NCBI RefSeq assembly: GCF_006345805.1
Contig: NC_043011.1
Span: 40,994,464-41,058,463, forward strand
DNA from: Octopus sinensis
Lineage: Eukaryota
Reading direction: 5' to 3'
DNA length: 64,000 bases
Part shown: piece by piece, positions 1 to 13,339 of the stretch
How the letters are laid out: the number at the start of each line of letters is the position of its first letter
Position numbering within the stretch: position 1 is the stretch's first letter
Notes under the pieces: generated by a model
The model's input: only the letters and a program-made list of their open reading frames with translations
Told to the model about the DNA's origin: nothing
Databases searched by the model: none
Made by a program: the position numbers and the translations under genes

Positions 1-37
<37 letters not shown>

Positions 38-809
38 GTATTTTTCACCAGCTTCAATAACTGCACATTTCTTTACATTTCTTTACAAAATAAGCTTACG
101 AGAACCATGTCATATTTGAAAGTATCCAAACTACTAAAGTGAAGCCACGAAAGCCTCCCTGTCGTACTGATATCTTTGTAGACCTGCCTGATCTTTTCCT
201 TGAACACTGAACCTGAAATTGGCATACATTCAAATCACTTTGCTCTAAATAACTTAAATAACACTAGATTAAGTTCTGAAAATTCTGATTTTTTTTTTAA
301 TGTTTACTACACATCAGTATATTTAGAACTTTCTGATTCGCTCATATATTCTATTAACTGGTCACTTTCTTCCTAAATATCATAATTTGAGGAAGAAAAT
401 CTATTTTATATGCGAAGCAACATGGCATTCAGCTTTCCAGTTCTTTCCAAACGTCGAAATAATTCAATTTTCAAGTGCAATGTTAGAGTTGCATGCTTTC
501 TTTACTACCTTTTCGTAACATTGTTACCTTTGTTAACATAGGAAACCATTTTCAATAATGGATGGATAGTATAAATGTAGATAAAGGCACAAACAAAACA
601 CTTTGGAGTCGGTCACCGTTCTTTTCCATTTGAATGTAAACAATAGCTAAGGGCGCCGGCAGCCATTGATGGAAAATGAGAAAAAAAGAGAGCAGCGCAA
701 AAGATCGCTGGAAAACCGCGTCGATTGGAAAACAGGATATAGAATCCATGGAGCGTTACTACAACTGCCTATCTATCTATCTGCTCTTTCTCTTTCTCTC
801 TCTCTCTCT

Positions 810-859
<50 letters not shown>

Positions 860-1247
860 GTCGCTGTGTGGTAAGTAGCTTGCTTACTAAAAGAGCGCGC
901 ACACAAACACACACACATATCGTTTACTTTGCATAGGCAAAAGCCTCGGAAAAAATTTCAAATTCATAAACAATATGTTTCAAGTTCGTGAAAATTAAGA
1001 GTAATCTTAAGTAATATATAAGCAATATGGAAAATTGTTATCTAATTAACATGTGGGATGCAAAAACATGTGATGCGTTAATATAGTCTCTGAATTGTCA
1101 ACACCAGGCTATTATTTTTATTATTTTGTGTCTGTGAGTAAAAAGAAAGATTTTTTCAAACGCTATTAACTATTGAAAAAAAAAAGATTTAAAAATCTAT
1201 CTGAAAACCTCTTCTCCAAAGGTGTGTAACATTTAAAAAATATTTTG

Positions 1248-1438
1248 TAGGAGTGGTTGTGTGGTAAGTAGCTTCCTTACCAACTACATGGTTCCGGGTT
1301 CAGTCCCACTCCGTGGCACCTTGGGCAGGTGTCTTCTACTATAGCCTCGGCCGACCAAAGCCTTGTGATTAGATTTGGTAGACGGAAACTGAAAGAAGCC
1401 AGTCGTATATATGTATATATATATATATATATATATAA

Positions 1439-1476
<38 letters not shown>

Positions 1477-1680
1477 TTTGTCCCCCCCCCCCTCCCCAAC
1501 ATTGCTTGACAACCGATGCTAGTGTATTTGCGTCCCCGTAGCTTAGCGTTCGGCAACAGAAACCGATAGAATAAGTACTAGGCCTACAAAGAATAAGTCG
1601 TGGGGTCGATTTGTTCGACTACAGGCGGTGCTTCAGCATGGCAACAGTCACATGGCTGAAACAATTAAAAGAATAAAAGT
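1248..1680 (+). mobile_element. tRNA-derived CORE-like SINE (family A), full length, with internal (TA)/(TG) microsatellite
   Basis: Pol III A-box-like TGTGTGGTAAG and B-box GGTTCAGTCCC, then GTGGCACCTTGGGCAGGTGTC resembling the MIR/CORE motif ACCTTGGGCAAG; homologous copies elsewhere in the window. Confidence 0.85.
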
Positions 1681-1799
1681 AATTTTTAAAAGATTTTCTG
1701 TAAATTTGTGACGGTATCAAGTAATCTATTTTATATATATATATGTACAAACGTATGAGTGTGCATGTATATATGTATGTATGTATGTTTGTATGTATG

Positions 1800-1852
<53 letters not shown>

Positions 1853-2134
1853 CACGTAGGACGTTTTCAATATATACCTTTTAAGATGCTAATATATTTT
1901 TATACATCAGTATAGTTTTTCAACCCATATATGCCTATTTTATTTTCATATATCTATGTATCTGTAAATTGTTTTATATTTTTCAATATTTTAATGAGTG
2001 ATACATTAAATATTTTAATAATTTGCATACACCAGTTTTATGGCTGAGTACATGTCTTATTAATCTAAATTGTTGAACCTACCTGAATTTTCCTTTTAAA
2101 TATAATATATAAATAAAGAGTATATATATATATA

Positions 2135-2400
2135 TAGGAGCATTCCGTCGAGATACGATCAGCGGAACAGCTTACTCGCGAAATTAATGTGCAAGTGGCT
2201 GAGCACTCCACAGACACATGTACTCCTTAACGTAATTCTCAAGGCGATTCAGCGTGGCACAGAGCGTGACAAGGCTGGCCCTTTGGAATACAGGTACTAC
2301 TCATTTTTACCAGTTGAGTGAACTGGAGTAATGTGAAATAAAGTGTCTTGCTCAAGAATACAGCGCATCGCTGGGAATTGAACCGACGAACTTACAACCT
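2135..2400 (-). mobile_element. tRNA-derived SINE (family C), partial
   Basis: Reverse strand reads GGTTCAATTCCC (B-box) followed by TTCTTGAGCAAGACACTTTATTTCAC, a CORE-like body. Confidence 0.6.
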
Positions 2401-2421
2401 GCATACGCACACATCATTATT

Positions 2422-2464
<43 letters not shown>

Positions 2465-2519
2465 GTGCGTGTGTATGTATGTGTATATGTGTGTGCATGT
2501 CAGTCCGTGTGTGTATGTA

Positions 2520-2710
2520 TCGTAGTGGCTATGTTTGTCATTACCGATTGAAAACTGGTGTAGCTTTGTTTCCGTCCTTCTTAGTTGTTCGGCAGAAAAA
2601 GAACGCATAAGTACTGAGATTAATATATTCCATTAAAACCACCTTCAAAGAGATGCTCCAGCATAGTCGCAGTTCAATGACTAAAAGAAGTAAGAAAACA
2701 TAAAAGACAA
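2520..2710 (+). mobile_element. SINE family A 3' tail fragment
   Basis: Matches tail 1480-1680 (GTTCGGCA...ATAAGTAC...CTCCAGCAT.G.CGCAGT.CAATGA); a second such fragment lies at about 3860-4045. Confidence 0.6.
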
Positions 2711-3440
2711 AGACGTAATTTTATCTATTTATCCACCTTCGCCCTTTATTCCTGAGATAGTCTTGAAGGTAGACTCCTCAGCTATCGCTTCCCTAGGGTT
2801 TTATTAGATGCACCTACCATTACGCTTTCTGTCTTGACAATTGTTACCAATTGGGTTTTATGCAATCATTTCGCCCTTGGTCTACCCCTTCATCGCTTGC
2901 TGTTTCCTTAAAGACAGAAATAGCACGGTCGCGCATAGAAGCGGTCGAAATGCCGAGTAACATTACTCAGGACCTTATGGTAAATTTACTCGACAAGGTG
3001 CGTAGCTCGGCGATAGGGGGACTTCTTCCAGTTCTAGCAGCATCTTATCCGCATTCTTTATTAAGAACAAGGCGCAGGAAAGAATCGCAAGACGGATTCT
3101 TCAAGACGAGTCAGCCAACAAAAGACATAATTTTAAAGTGAAAAAATATCTCAAGCAACGACCCCGTAGAAGAGACGTTTAATACTCGATAAAAATGTTA
3201 AAATTCACTTTAAACTTTTCATATTTTTTCTTGAGTTGTCAGAACTTGTTCCGTGGTCAGGTTTCAGTCGTACGATAAAAAAATGTTGATACCTCATAAA
3301 ATAAATTTAAGTTTGAAGTGAATTTAATAGCTATGCGTTCCATTTAACGACTGTTTCAGAATATTTCTGAATATCGCTGCTTCAGTCACATCACAGAATA
3401 AGAAATTATAAGGTTGCCATTTATTTCAATTCCTAAAAAA

Positions 3441-3730
3441 GAAAAATAAAGAAATGAAAAGTGATGTGTGTATGTAATATATATATGTGTATATATATAT
3501 ATGTGTGTATGTATATATATAGAAAAATAAAGAATGAAAAGTGATGTGTGTATGTATATATATATATGTGTATATATATATGTGTGTATGTATATATATA
3601 GAAAAATAAAGAAATGAAAAGTGATGTGTGTATGTATATATATATATGTGTATATATATATGTGTGTATGTATATATATAGAAAAATAAAGAAATGAAAA
3701 GTGATGTGTGTATGTATATATATATATATA
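3441..3730. repeat. Compound minisatellite, about 80-bp period, about 3.5 copies
   Basis: GAAAAATAAAGAAATGAAAAGTGATGTGTG recurs at 3441, 3522, 3601 and 3681, each followed by (TA)/(TG) runs. Confidence 0.9.
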
Positions 3731-3776
3731 TGTGTATATATATATGTGTATGTATATATAGATGTGTGTATGTATG

Positions 3777-3809
<33 letters not shown>

Positions 3810-4089
3810 GTATGTGAGTGTGTGTGCGTGTATTCGTGTATGTATGTATCTTAGTGTCTATGTTTGTCCCCATTTGACCGCTTGAAAACTGGTATGGGTT
3901 TAATTACGTCCTTCTAACTTAGCTGTTCGGCAAAAAAAGGAATGCCTAAGTGCTGAAGTCAATGTGTTCCATTGATACCGCTTTCAAGACGATGCTCCAG
4001 CATGGTCGCAGTTCAATGAGTAAAAGAAGTAAATGACAAAAAAGACATAGACATAATTTTATCCATTTATCCATCTCCTCTATCTATGG

Positions 4090-4161
4090 GTAGGCGGATA
4101 GATAGAGAGAGAGGGGGAGAGAAAGACACATAGATGGATAGATAGATAGAGAGAGAGGGGG

Positions 4162-4225
<64 letters not shown>

Positions 4226-4244
4226 GATAGATAGATAGATAGAT

Positions 4245-4307
<63 letters not shown>

Positions 4308-4353
4308 GAGATAGATAGATTGATAGACAGATAGATGGATAGATAGATAGATA
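4090..4353. repeat. (GATA)n/(GA)n microsatellite abutting the 3' end of Tx1-like copy 1
   Basis: Direct reading. Confidence 0.95.
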
Positions 4354-4559
4354 TGTTTCTTTATTAGCCACACAGGGCTGCACACAGTCGGGACAGATTA
4401 CAAAGTAGAGCTTTTCTTTTGGGGGGAGAGAAAAAAAAAGGTGGGTTAGGTTTTCGATCAAAAGGGATCGTAAAAGGAAAAGAAGAAAATAAATAAATAA
4501 AAATAAAAAAGGGGAAAAAAGGAAAAAACGAGCAATAGGGACCATGTATCACAGTGTTA

Positions 4560-7500
4560 TGGTGTAAAGTGTAAAGTGGTACTTGAAAAAGCTGATGAGC
4601 GATTGGCCAGAGAGGAAAGTCTTTGTCTCTCAACCTTTCGCTCGAGTCCACCACACACATTCTTTCACCATGGCCACCAGTACGGCGAACACAGCTTTGC
4701 CTTCTCGGTTGAGAGAAGGTGGCGGAGCAATTTCCACGATAGACTCGGCCGACAGGCGCACTCTTCCCACTCGTAACAACAGCCATTCGGCATAAGCCCG
4801 AAGGTCCGAAATGGTTGGACACTACACGAGTGCGTGCAGAACGGTGTTGTCACTCTGACAGCATCTCGGGCAAGTCGGTCCAGTGTGTCTCGAACCGTGC
4901 TTGTAGAGCTTATCCCGAACCGGCAATGCTTCTCGATTGCACTGCCAGCCAGGGATCTCTGGTGGTTGTCCATAGGTCCCGGCCCAAAAGTTGTCTTCAA
5001 CAGGCGGATCAAGTGTTCTTCGTCGACGCCCAGATTCTGCCCGAGAACGTCGTCGCACCTCCCCTCCAATAACCCTCTATAGAACGCCTTTGTGGAATTG
5101 AAATTGCACAAGTTGCTTGAGAGCAAGGCGGCACTCGCGGTGCCATTCGTCTAACCTCGGTCTCTGATCCACGACTGCAGTTCTGCCAAAGAGACGCGCT
5201 GCGGGAAAGCGCGACGCACAATCGGTGACCACACCTGTTCACCGTCGTCTATGAAGCGCTGGAGATGTCGCAGTATCAGTGCATGTCTGCGCATCATCAA
5301 TCACGGCATGCCCAGCCGTCCATTTAGCGGGTGTTGACAGCAAATGCATTGCCTAACCATCGGAACGCTTCCCTTCCACAAAAAGCAGAGGAGTATGCGT
5401 TCTAGTTTGGTGATGGTAGGGTCGGGACAAGGCACGACGGTCAGACGGTAATCGATGACGGATGCGATGTACGGGTTCGCCACATCCGCCGACCTTTTAG
5501 GGATAGCTTCCTCTCGGCCCATTCCTGGCGAGAGTGGCCACCCTACACGTTATCTCGCCCCAGTTCTTATCCATTTGAAGCTCCGGACCGAACCAGACAC
5601 TGAGCAATTTAACCGGTCCGTCGGTCCACCGTCCCACGATGGAGATGCTGTTGGACGGCATGGGCTTGCTTCTCCACAAGCCCACTGACTTTTCCCGGTT
5701 AATATTTGCTCCCGTAACCGCTTCGTATTCTTTTAGTGTCTCGCCGACCAGGTCGATAAGCCAGTGGCTCGACACTATCATGGTGATGTCGTCCGCGTAT
5801 GCAGATTCACTCCTCCTGCATCCCAGCTCTCGCGGGACTCAAGAGCCAATACGTACAGAAGCGACGGGAAGGGACATCCTTGGCGAACCGATCGCTTAAT
5901 GTTAAATGGTATAGACAGATAACCATTTACGCGAACTACCGAGCGAATGCTGCTGTATAAGGCAGCGATCCAACCGCGGAAGACGGGGCCGAAACCAACC
6001 GCTCTAAGGACAGCATCCAAGTAGCGATGGTCTACTCTATCGAAAGCTTTTGGTTGATCAAAATTGATCAGCGCCCCACCAATGTCAGGTTCCTTAACTA
6101 CCCTGTCTATGATGTAGCGCATCAGATGAAGGTTGTCATGGATACTGTTACCCAGCACGGCGCACGTTTGCGCCTTGTCGACCAGTTTCTCGATGACAAG
6201 CACCAACCTCTTGGCTAACACCTTGGCCAAAATCTTCAAATCTGCGTTGAGCAGAGTGATGGGCCTGAAGTTATCTATGGCGTTCCCTTGTTTGAATCTC
6301 CCTTTAGCAGTGCCACTGCTCCTCGCTTCACAGAAGCGGGGATACTCCCGTTTTGCTGTCAGTTGCAGTAGACAGCTGCCAAGATGCCTCCAAACAAGTT
6401 TGGCATGTGACTAAATTCAGGACAGACCATCCAAGCCTGGTGACTTGTCTCTCGTGCAGCCTGCTATCGCATCCCGCACATCCGCGGCTGTGATGGATCA
6501 TTCACAACACTCCGCCTCTCTTGCCGACAGTCATTTCAGGCTATGCAGGTAGGCACTAAAGTCCACTCTGTGTTTTGACCAACAAGCTGTCCCGAACAGT
6601 CGGGCAAAGTGTTGTTGAAAGGCCTCACACATCCTTTCAGGCTCGAGTAATTCGCACCCCTGCTCATCTGTCAGAGACCTAATGGTGGCTTTGTTGCCTC
6701 GTTGCGCCTCCGCCACTCGGACCTCTCGGGCCTCTCGGGCGGCTCCAACTCCTTCGTTCCTTAGAGCGTGCATCCTAGCTCTGACAACGCATCCTTCGTG
6801 TTTAGCGTTGAAGTGTTGGTCTAGGGCCAACCTTGCCACCAGTACATTGGACGCGATACCAGTTCTAAGTGCCTCTTCTGATTTCTTAATTAGGTCTCCC
6901 TCTGTTGTATTTTGATCTAAAGCTAGGGCCTTACTGTACCTAACCGATTCTACTTTAATTGCTTTCTTTAGGGCATACCACCATCTATTGTTGACGATGG
7001 CACCCGTCAATGCTTTCTTAACGAATGTGCTAATACAGTCCCTGTAAACCTGGCGTGTCGTGAACGACGCGTTTAGCTTCCAATAACTGGGACCCTGGCC
7101 ATGTGTCTTATCTAAGTCAAGTGTACAAGTCACGAATTTGTGATCTGTGTAGCTGATTATATGGAATTGTGGACAACCTACACTTTCCTTATCCACTGTC
7201 CTACAGAATACTCTATCTAAACACGATCTGGACGACCCGATGCAATTGCTCCATATCCACATTGGCACATTCGGGTGGTCCAGTCGGTACCTGTCAGATA
7301 GTTGGAAACGTATGAGCAGGTCTTTGAAGCATTTACATTCTCTCCTATTACTATCTCTACCCACATAGTCTAGATGCGTGTCCAAGTTACCGCTCAAATC
7401 CCCCACTAAAAGTAAAGGTCGAGACGTTCCCAGGAAAACATCTAGACGTCGAAAGATATCTGGCCAACCAGTTAAGGACGGTGCATGAACTGTTATCAGT

Positions 7501-7804
7501 CGAAAAGCACACCTATTACTATATCGACATCCAAGACGACCAGCCTACCCTCCGGGACTAGGAAAATTGCTCTTACTTTGAGGTGCAGACTCTTCCGAAG
7601 AAGCACCGCGGTGCCACCTCTGCCCATTCTCGGCAGACACGGAGAAAAATAAACGCCGAACATGTGCTGGAGGGCCACAAGTTGTAGTCTGCTCTCGCTG
7701 ATGTCTATGATATTCAGATTCTGCGACTTGATGTCATTTGATAGGTATCCTTGTTTCCAAGGCTACCCCAATCCACGTACATTTGTACTACCTATTTTGA
7801 GCAT
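4560..7804 (-). pseudogene. ORF2 (APE endonuclease + reverse transcriptase + C-terminal Cys/His domain), frameshifted
   Basis: Starts MLKIGSTNVRGLG at 7804. APE motifs GDLSGNLD, SCLDRVF, YTDHKFV. RT motifs KILAKVLAKRL, INFDQPKAFDRVDH, VRQGCP, SAYADDIT. C-terminal TCPRCCQSD...LH. Confidence 0.9.
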
Positions 7805-7879
7805 GTTCCTGTCGAAAGATGTGTTTTACACACGAAAGGAAGACGAAAGTGAAAAAGAGAGAGAGAGAGAGAGAGAGAG

Positions 7880-9234
7880 AGTCACTGTCCGAAAGTTCTT
7901 TGTCCTTCACTTCACAGTCTTCTCCTAGAAGGTTTTTGTAGTTTTTTTTTTGACAGGTATTTTTGAAATCTCCCTACTGCATCCGGGTAGAGAGATTTCA
8001 GTGTGTAATATGTGTTCTGTGTTATGTGTATGATTTTAATGTGTTGTGGCGGTAATTTTTTTGTTTTGGTATCATTTTCTGTTATGTTGGTGTTTGACCT
8101 AATGTATTCCATTAGGTCTGGATTGTTGGTGTTTATAGCTGTCAACATTGTTGGGGTGTTTGTTGTCAGTATGTTTGTGTTGATGCTTTTGTTTTCTGCT
8201 GGTGTCTTGGTTTCGGGAGTGGTAAACCTCCTTACTTTGTTTGTCTCCTTCTCTATTCTTTTCCCCCCTTTTTCTCCCCACTGTGACCACTTGCCAATCT
8301 TCTGTGTCGTTTTCATCTGACATGTCGGAGGAATCAGGTGGGAGGAGAAGGGTATTGAGGTCTATTTCTTTTGAGGTCTATTTCTATTGATTTTGTTGTT
8401 GGTGGTGCTGGTTGGTGATAGTTGGGATGTGGTATATGGATTTTGGGGGTGGGGTATGAGCCTTTTTGGTTTTCTCTTCTTCCTTTGGAGCTGTTGTTGT
8501 TGGTGGTGATAATGTTGTTTCTGTTCTTGGTGGCGCTGGTGATGTTATTTGGTTGGACTGGCTTGTGGGTTACTGATGTTCCTTCATTTGTTTGTAGAGC
8601 TGTTTAATTAGTTGTGCGGAGTGGGTAGCAGTGCTGTTTTTTTTCTCGGTTTTTGATTTTCTTGTGATTATTGTTGTTGTTCGTGATCTTGTTGCTCTTG
8701 TTGTTTCCGTGCTTGTGGGTAATTGATCTTCAAGTGTGATTTGCTACCACAAACGTAGCGGCGTGGGTTTCTGCCTTCGGCGGCCACATGCACCCGAATC
8801 GTCTGTCAGTTTGATTTGATGTGGAATGTTTTCAAAATTCATCGGATTAATTTGAGCAAAGATTTCAGCTCCTTGACCAATCCAATCTTGCAGGTCCAGG
8901 ACAGCGATTTCCAAGATATGGATTTCGTTCTCGATGTCGTAACAAATGGCAGACACAAACCATTTTATTTCTATCTCAAGGGGCATATTCTTTATTTTTA
9001 TTTTTGTGACCCTACGACCAAGGTATGTAGGGATCATCACTAAGTTTTCGCATTCAAAGGGCTTTGTGGAGAGGTGCTTGGCTCTTTCTTTACTATCGAA
9101 CCTAACTTCGATCCTGGCAAATCTGTTTCCCCTCGTAATGTAGTCTTTAAAGGATCTTATGGACCTTAAACATTTTCCTTCACCTCTGGCTTTGGTACAG
9201 GAGAGAATTCGGCTTCCTGCTTTGGCTTAGCCAT
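7880..9234 (-). pseudogene. ORF1 (gag-like nucleic-acid-binding protein), degraded
   Basis: ATG at 9234. Stitching frames gives ...RFARIEVRFDSKERAKHLSTKPFECENLVMIPTYLGRRVTKIKI...VHVAAEGRNPRRYVCGSKSHLKINYP, a CX2CX4HX4C knuckle with two Cys codons mutated, then a low-complexity linker. Confidence 0.75.
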
Positions 9235-9408
9235 TTTCGTTTAGAAACAGACAGACTGACATATAGATGGATAGTTGCAATGATTGATGGATGAAATGAT
9301 AAATAGATAAATAATGTTTATATTTTTCTATCAAGGATAAACAATGCTATCAAGGATAAACCATGTTAGAAGAAACAAGACAAGTCAATTGTTTGTACTT
9401 TCATCATG

Positions 9409-9680
9409 TATCAGGTTGGTGCGAAAATAATGTCCGATCTAAAGATATAAGGTAAAAATGAATAAGCCAATAACTATGGAAATATTTATTCATTAACTTA
9501 CTCTCCATTGCTTTCAATGACCTCATTCCATCTTTCAGCAACCTTATAAATGCCTCGCTTGTAAAATTCTGTAGGTTTAGAGCCAAAATATGAATCCAAC
9601 TCATTTTCAATCGCTTCTCTTGTTGTTAACTTAAGTCCATCAAAATGGTTCTGTAATCCTCAGAACAAATGGTAATCAAA
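9409..9680 (-). mobile_element. Mariner transposon 3' end (transposase C-terminus + terminal inverted repeat)
   Basis: Reverse strand reads DYHLF*GLQNHFDGLKLTTREAIENELDSYFGSKPTEFYKRGIYKVAERWNEVIESNGE; TA followed by TCAGGTTGGTGCGAAAAT is a mariner-type TIR. Confidence 0.85.
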
Positions 9681-9818
9681 AGGAGCAAGATCAGGAGAAT
9701 ATGGAGGATGAGGCAGTATTTCCCAACCAATGTGGCATCTCAAGGCGACTACAGTACCAGTGATTGTAGAATCTCTAGGAATAATAAAAAAAAAGGTACT
9801 GAAACCTATTTGAAAATG

Positions 9819-10053
9819 ATACCTATTTCTTTACTACCCACAAGGGGCTAAACACAGAGAGGACAAACAAGGGCAACAAACGGATTAAGTCGATTATATC
9901 GACCTCAGTGCGTAATTGGTACTTATTTAATCGACCCCGAAAGGATGAAAGGCAAAGTCGACCTCGGCGGAATTTGAACTCAGAACGTAAGGACAGACGA
10001 AATACTGCTAAGCATTTCGCCCGGCGTGCTAACGTTTCTGCCAACTCGCCGCC
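9819..10053 (-). mobile_element. tRNA-derived SINE (family B)
   Basis: Head GGCGGCGAGTTGGCAGAAACG, B-box GAGTTCAAATTCC, body GAGGTCGACTTTGCCTTTCATCCTTTCGGGGTCG; multiple copies in the window. Confidence 0.85.
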
Positions 10054-10310
10054 TTGAAAATCATACCAGGCTTACCATCCCTACAGGAAGTGCAAAAAAT
10101 CGTGTTAACTGGAATGACTCATGTACTGAGAAGAGCATTATCGCTGTGAAAACAACATCCATTCATGAATTTATTTATTTATTATTTTTTTTAAATACCT
10201 ATTTTACTCGTGAATTTGCGTGTGTAATCTGGGAATGCATACAATGAGCTTCTCTGCCCTAGGTGTACGGAAAACACCCGGCGAGAAATGGAAGAAAACT
10301 TGAAGAAAGA

Positions 10311-10311
10311 A

Positions 10312-10357
<46 letters not shown>

Positions 10358-10401
10358 TAATAATAATAATAATAATAATAATAGCAGTAGTAGTAGTAGT
10401 A

Positions 10402-10455
<54 letters not shown>

Positions 10456-10456
10456 G
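10311..10456. repeat. (AAT)n/(AGT)n microsatellite
   Basis: Direct reading. Confidence 0.95.
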
Positions 10457-10516
10457 AGATAAAAATAACTGCGAAAATACCTTCGGAATGAGAACCCAGG
10501 TTCTAAATTTCCCCAA

Positions 10517-10562
10517 GACACCTGATGAAGGCTGGAAGGTATATCAGCCGAAAGGTTGTGTT
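10517..10562 (+). ncRNA. Minimal type I hammerhead ribozyme fold, one core-adjacent mismatch, in a Penelope-like terminal-repeat fragment
   Basis: GACAC-CTGATGA-A-GGCTG(gaaggtatat)CAGCC-GAAA-G-GTT-GTGTT. Helix I GACAC/GTGTT, helix II GGCTG/CAGCC. G at 10554 where C is expected. Confidence 0.65.
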
Positions 10563-11180
10563 AACAACAAAGATGAGGACAAATATCCGTCAAATGTAAA
10601 TAATGTCAATAATGCACATAATTCTTCATCTCTTAAATATAGAACTGAAATGTGTGATTATATGTATAATATATGTGCGCATGTGAATTTACGTGTATAT
10701 CTGTGCACTTCCGCACACAACTTTGTATACACATGCGCGTGTATGTGTGTCTATGTATGTATTTATGCATATGCATGTGTTTGTGTGTATTGGAATATAT
10801 GCCGAAGTATGTGCGCCATATTTTCCAATCGCTCTGGCATCCTCGCTTCAGTTTCATACCTCTCAATTCCACTAAATGGAGTACTTTGTAATTTGGCTCC
10901 ATCTTAATTTACCAAACAAATAAAATTTGTTTTCATTGCCAAGAAATTAATTAAGAGTTATTAAATTTCGTCTGATTGGTTTGAGCTTATGCGTGTGTCT
11001 GTGCAAGTGAGTATTCGTGCGCGCGTGCATATATGTGTTTGTGTAGAAATAAACCAAACACCTAGTTGAATTGATGCTGTACACGGGACATATTTACAAT
11101 GACTATACCTACATATAAATATACACACATAGATCGATAGATAGATAGATGTTATATGCATGTATATATGTATATATATG

Positions 11181-11260
<80 letters not shown>

Positions 11261-12153
11261 TATATATAAAACACCACTTGTGTGCCTGTGTGTTTAACTT
11301 CCCGGCACATCTCCTCCTAGCCAACAAATCGTAGAACCACCAAAAATGGGTCACTTAAAGTTTAGGCGAATGAAAATTTCTGTTCCGAAATTCATCTCGC
11401 AAGTGCAAAAATCGATAATGTGTTTGTTTAGGTCTTATCCCATGCATTGAATAGTGAACTTTACTCAGTCAGCTGTTTGACGTGAACTGTGTTCACCACG
11501 CGTGCAAGCATGCGTAAATTGCATGAAAATTAAAAAATCAAGATATAAAAACGAATCGCCGTAAACATTGTAGAAATTCGGCAAAGAAATTAATTTTCGG
11601 GATGTAGCCTGGAGGGTTTTTTCGTATTAATCGTTTGGCCTTTGTGAACACATACCAATTTTTTTCATAACATTTTTAACGCTTTGAATTAAATGTGACC
11701 ATTTTGCGTTGAGTCTGCAGTTTGAATCACTTTAACCAAATTTTAGCAGGCCGGATTTTTTATCATCACGATACATCGCCAGCGACTCCCTGAAACTCAT
11801 AGTAAAGAAATATATATCTATCACAAGTGAAGGCCGGTTTGTAGGTAGGATTATCGTGGGTTTCTCGCCGCAAAGAGTATCTTTATGGCGTATCATCAGA
11901 CCCTAAGACTTATTGGCCTATGGCCTCTTTAAAGCATGATGGGGAGAAAACGAACCAGATATAAACATTGGGAGTTATCTCCCTCTTCTGATAGACATCG
12001 ACTTCCGGGTATGTCGTCCACTTTCAGCTACGCCATCTGTCGGCTGTGAGGGTAGAAGCTAGGGGGTGATTTCCCAATTTCATCATCAATCAATTCCCAG
12101 CCGTGGTTTCTATAATCCCGTCGTACATACAGATATACATCAGGACGCCATAA

Positions 12154-12467
<314 letters not shown>

Positions 12468-12498
12468 ACACGCACACAACACATATAATCACTCTTAC

Positions 12499-12615
12499 TG
12501 GACATTGGTCTAACATAACCATTCTGGAATTAGCTGATTCATGCTTGGATGCTTGTGATAGATGCCTAATCCCAATCTCTATAGGTATATCCTTACAATA
12601 TAATAGAGCTAACAC
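12499..12615 (-). CDS. Candidate 117-bp internal exon, unknown protein ([39 protein letters not shown])
   Basis: Acceptor TTGCTTACTTCTCTGTAG and donor CCA/GTAAGA; only the phase-0 frame is open and the length is a multiple of 3; no recognisable homology. Confidence 0.25.
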
Positions 12616-12861
12616 CTACAGAGAAGTAAGCAAGGATAATCTGTGGTTTTCGACTCACGTAGTATCTCATTATGTCTATCCATAGTTCTTAAAATCAGAA
12701 TAATAGCTTTTCATTGTAATACTCACAGATATTAATGCTTCAAGGTTTTGGAGTGTTTTTTGGGTGGTGGGGTCTGAATTTAACAGGGCGTTGCCTTCAT
12801 GTACGTTATCGTCAGAAGCAATATGACTTGCCCAATCTTTGGTAGTGATGGCGGCTATTTC

Positions 12862-12904
12862 TGTAGCAGAAGCAGCAGAAGCAGCAGCAGCAGCAGCAGC
12901 AGCT

Positions 12905-12956
<52 letters not shown>

Positions 12957-12975
12957 CAGTAGTAGTAGTAGTAGC
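12862..12975. repeat. (AGC)n/(AGT)n microsatellite
   Basis: Direct reading. Confidence 0.95.
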
Positions 12976-13262
12976 TATTTCTCGACGGAAAACCTATTAT
13001 ATTACTGACGTCGTGAAACCACATTTAAATCTCGTATAGAAATGTTAACAAGACAACTGAAATTTCTATGAAATAGATTTCAGGTCTTAGACGCTAGCTA
13101 TTGTGAAAAGGAAAACGGTGACTGTTGAGTTGTTAAAATGTTTAAAAATCTCGCACATATTATATGCTATAAATGCATGCACATATATTATATACATATA
13201 TATAATATATAATATATTATATATATATATATATATATTATACGTATATATATATATGTATA

Positions 13263-13336
<74 letters not shown>

Positions 13337-13339
<3 letters not shown>

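Larger units (their letters stand above)
4354..9245 (-). mobile_element. Near full-length, decayed L1/Tx1-type non-LTR retrotransposon (copy 1)
   Basis: ORF1-like region with zinc-knuckle remnant, then APE endonuclease, RT and C-terminal zinc-finger segments in order. The 3' end reads AATAAAGAAACA joined to (TATC)n. The 5' flank (9246-9275) is degenerate GACA/GATA repeat. Confidence 0.9.

Noticed and set aside
2851-3141. 96-aa ORF in a GC-richer island
   Set aside because: No homology recognised on either strand; probably a decayed element I cannot classify.
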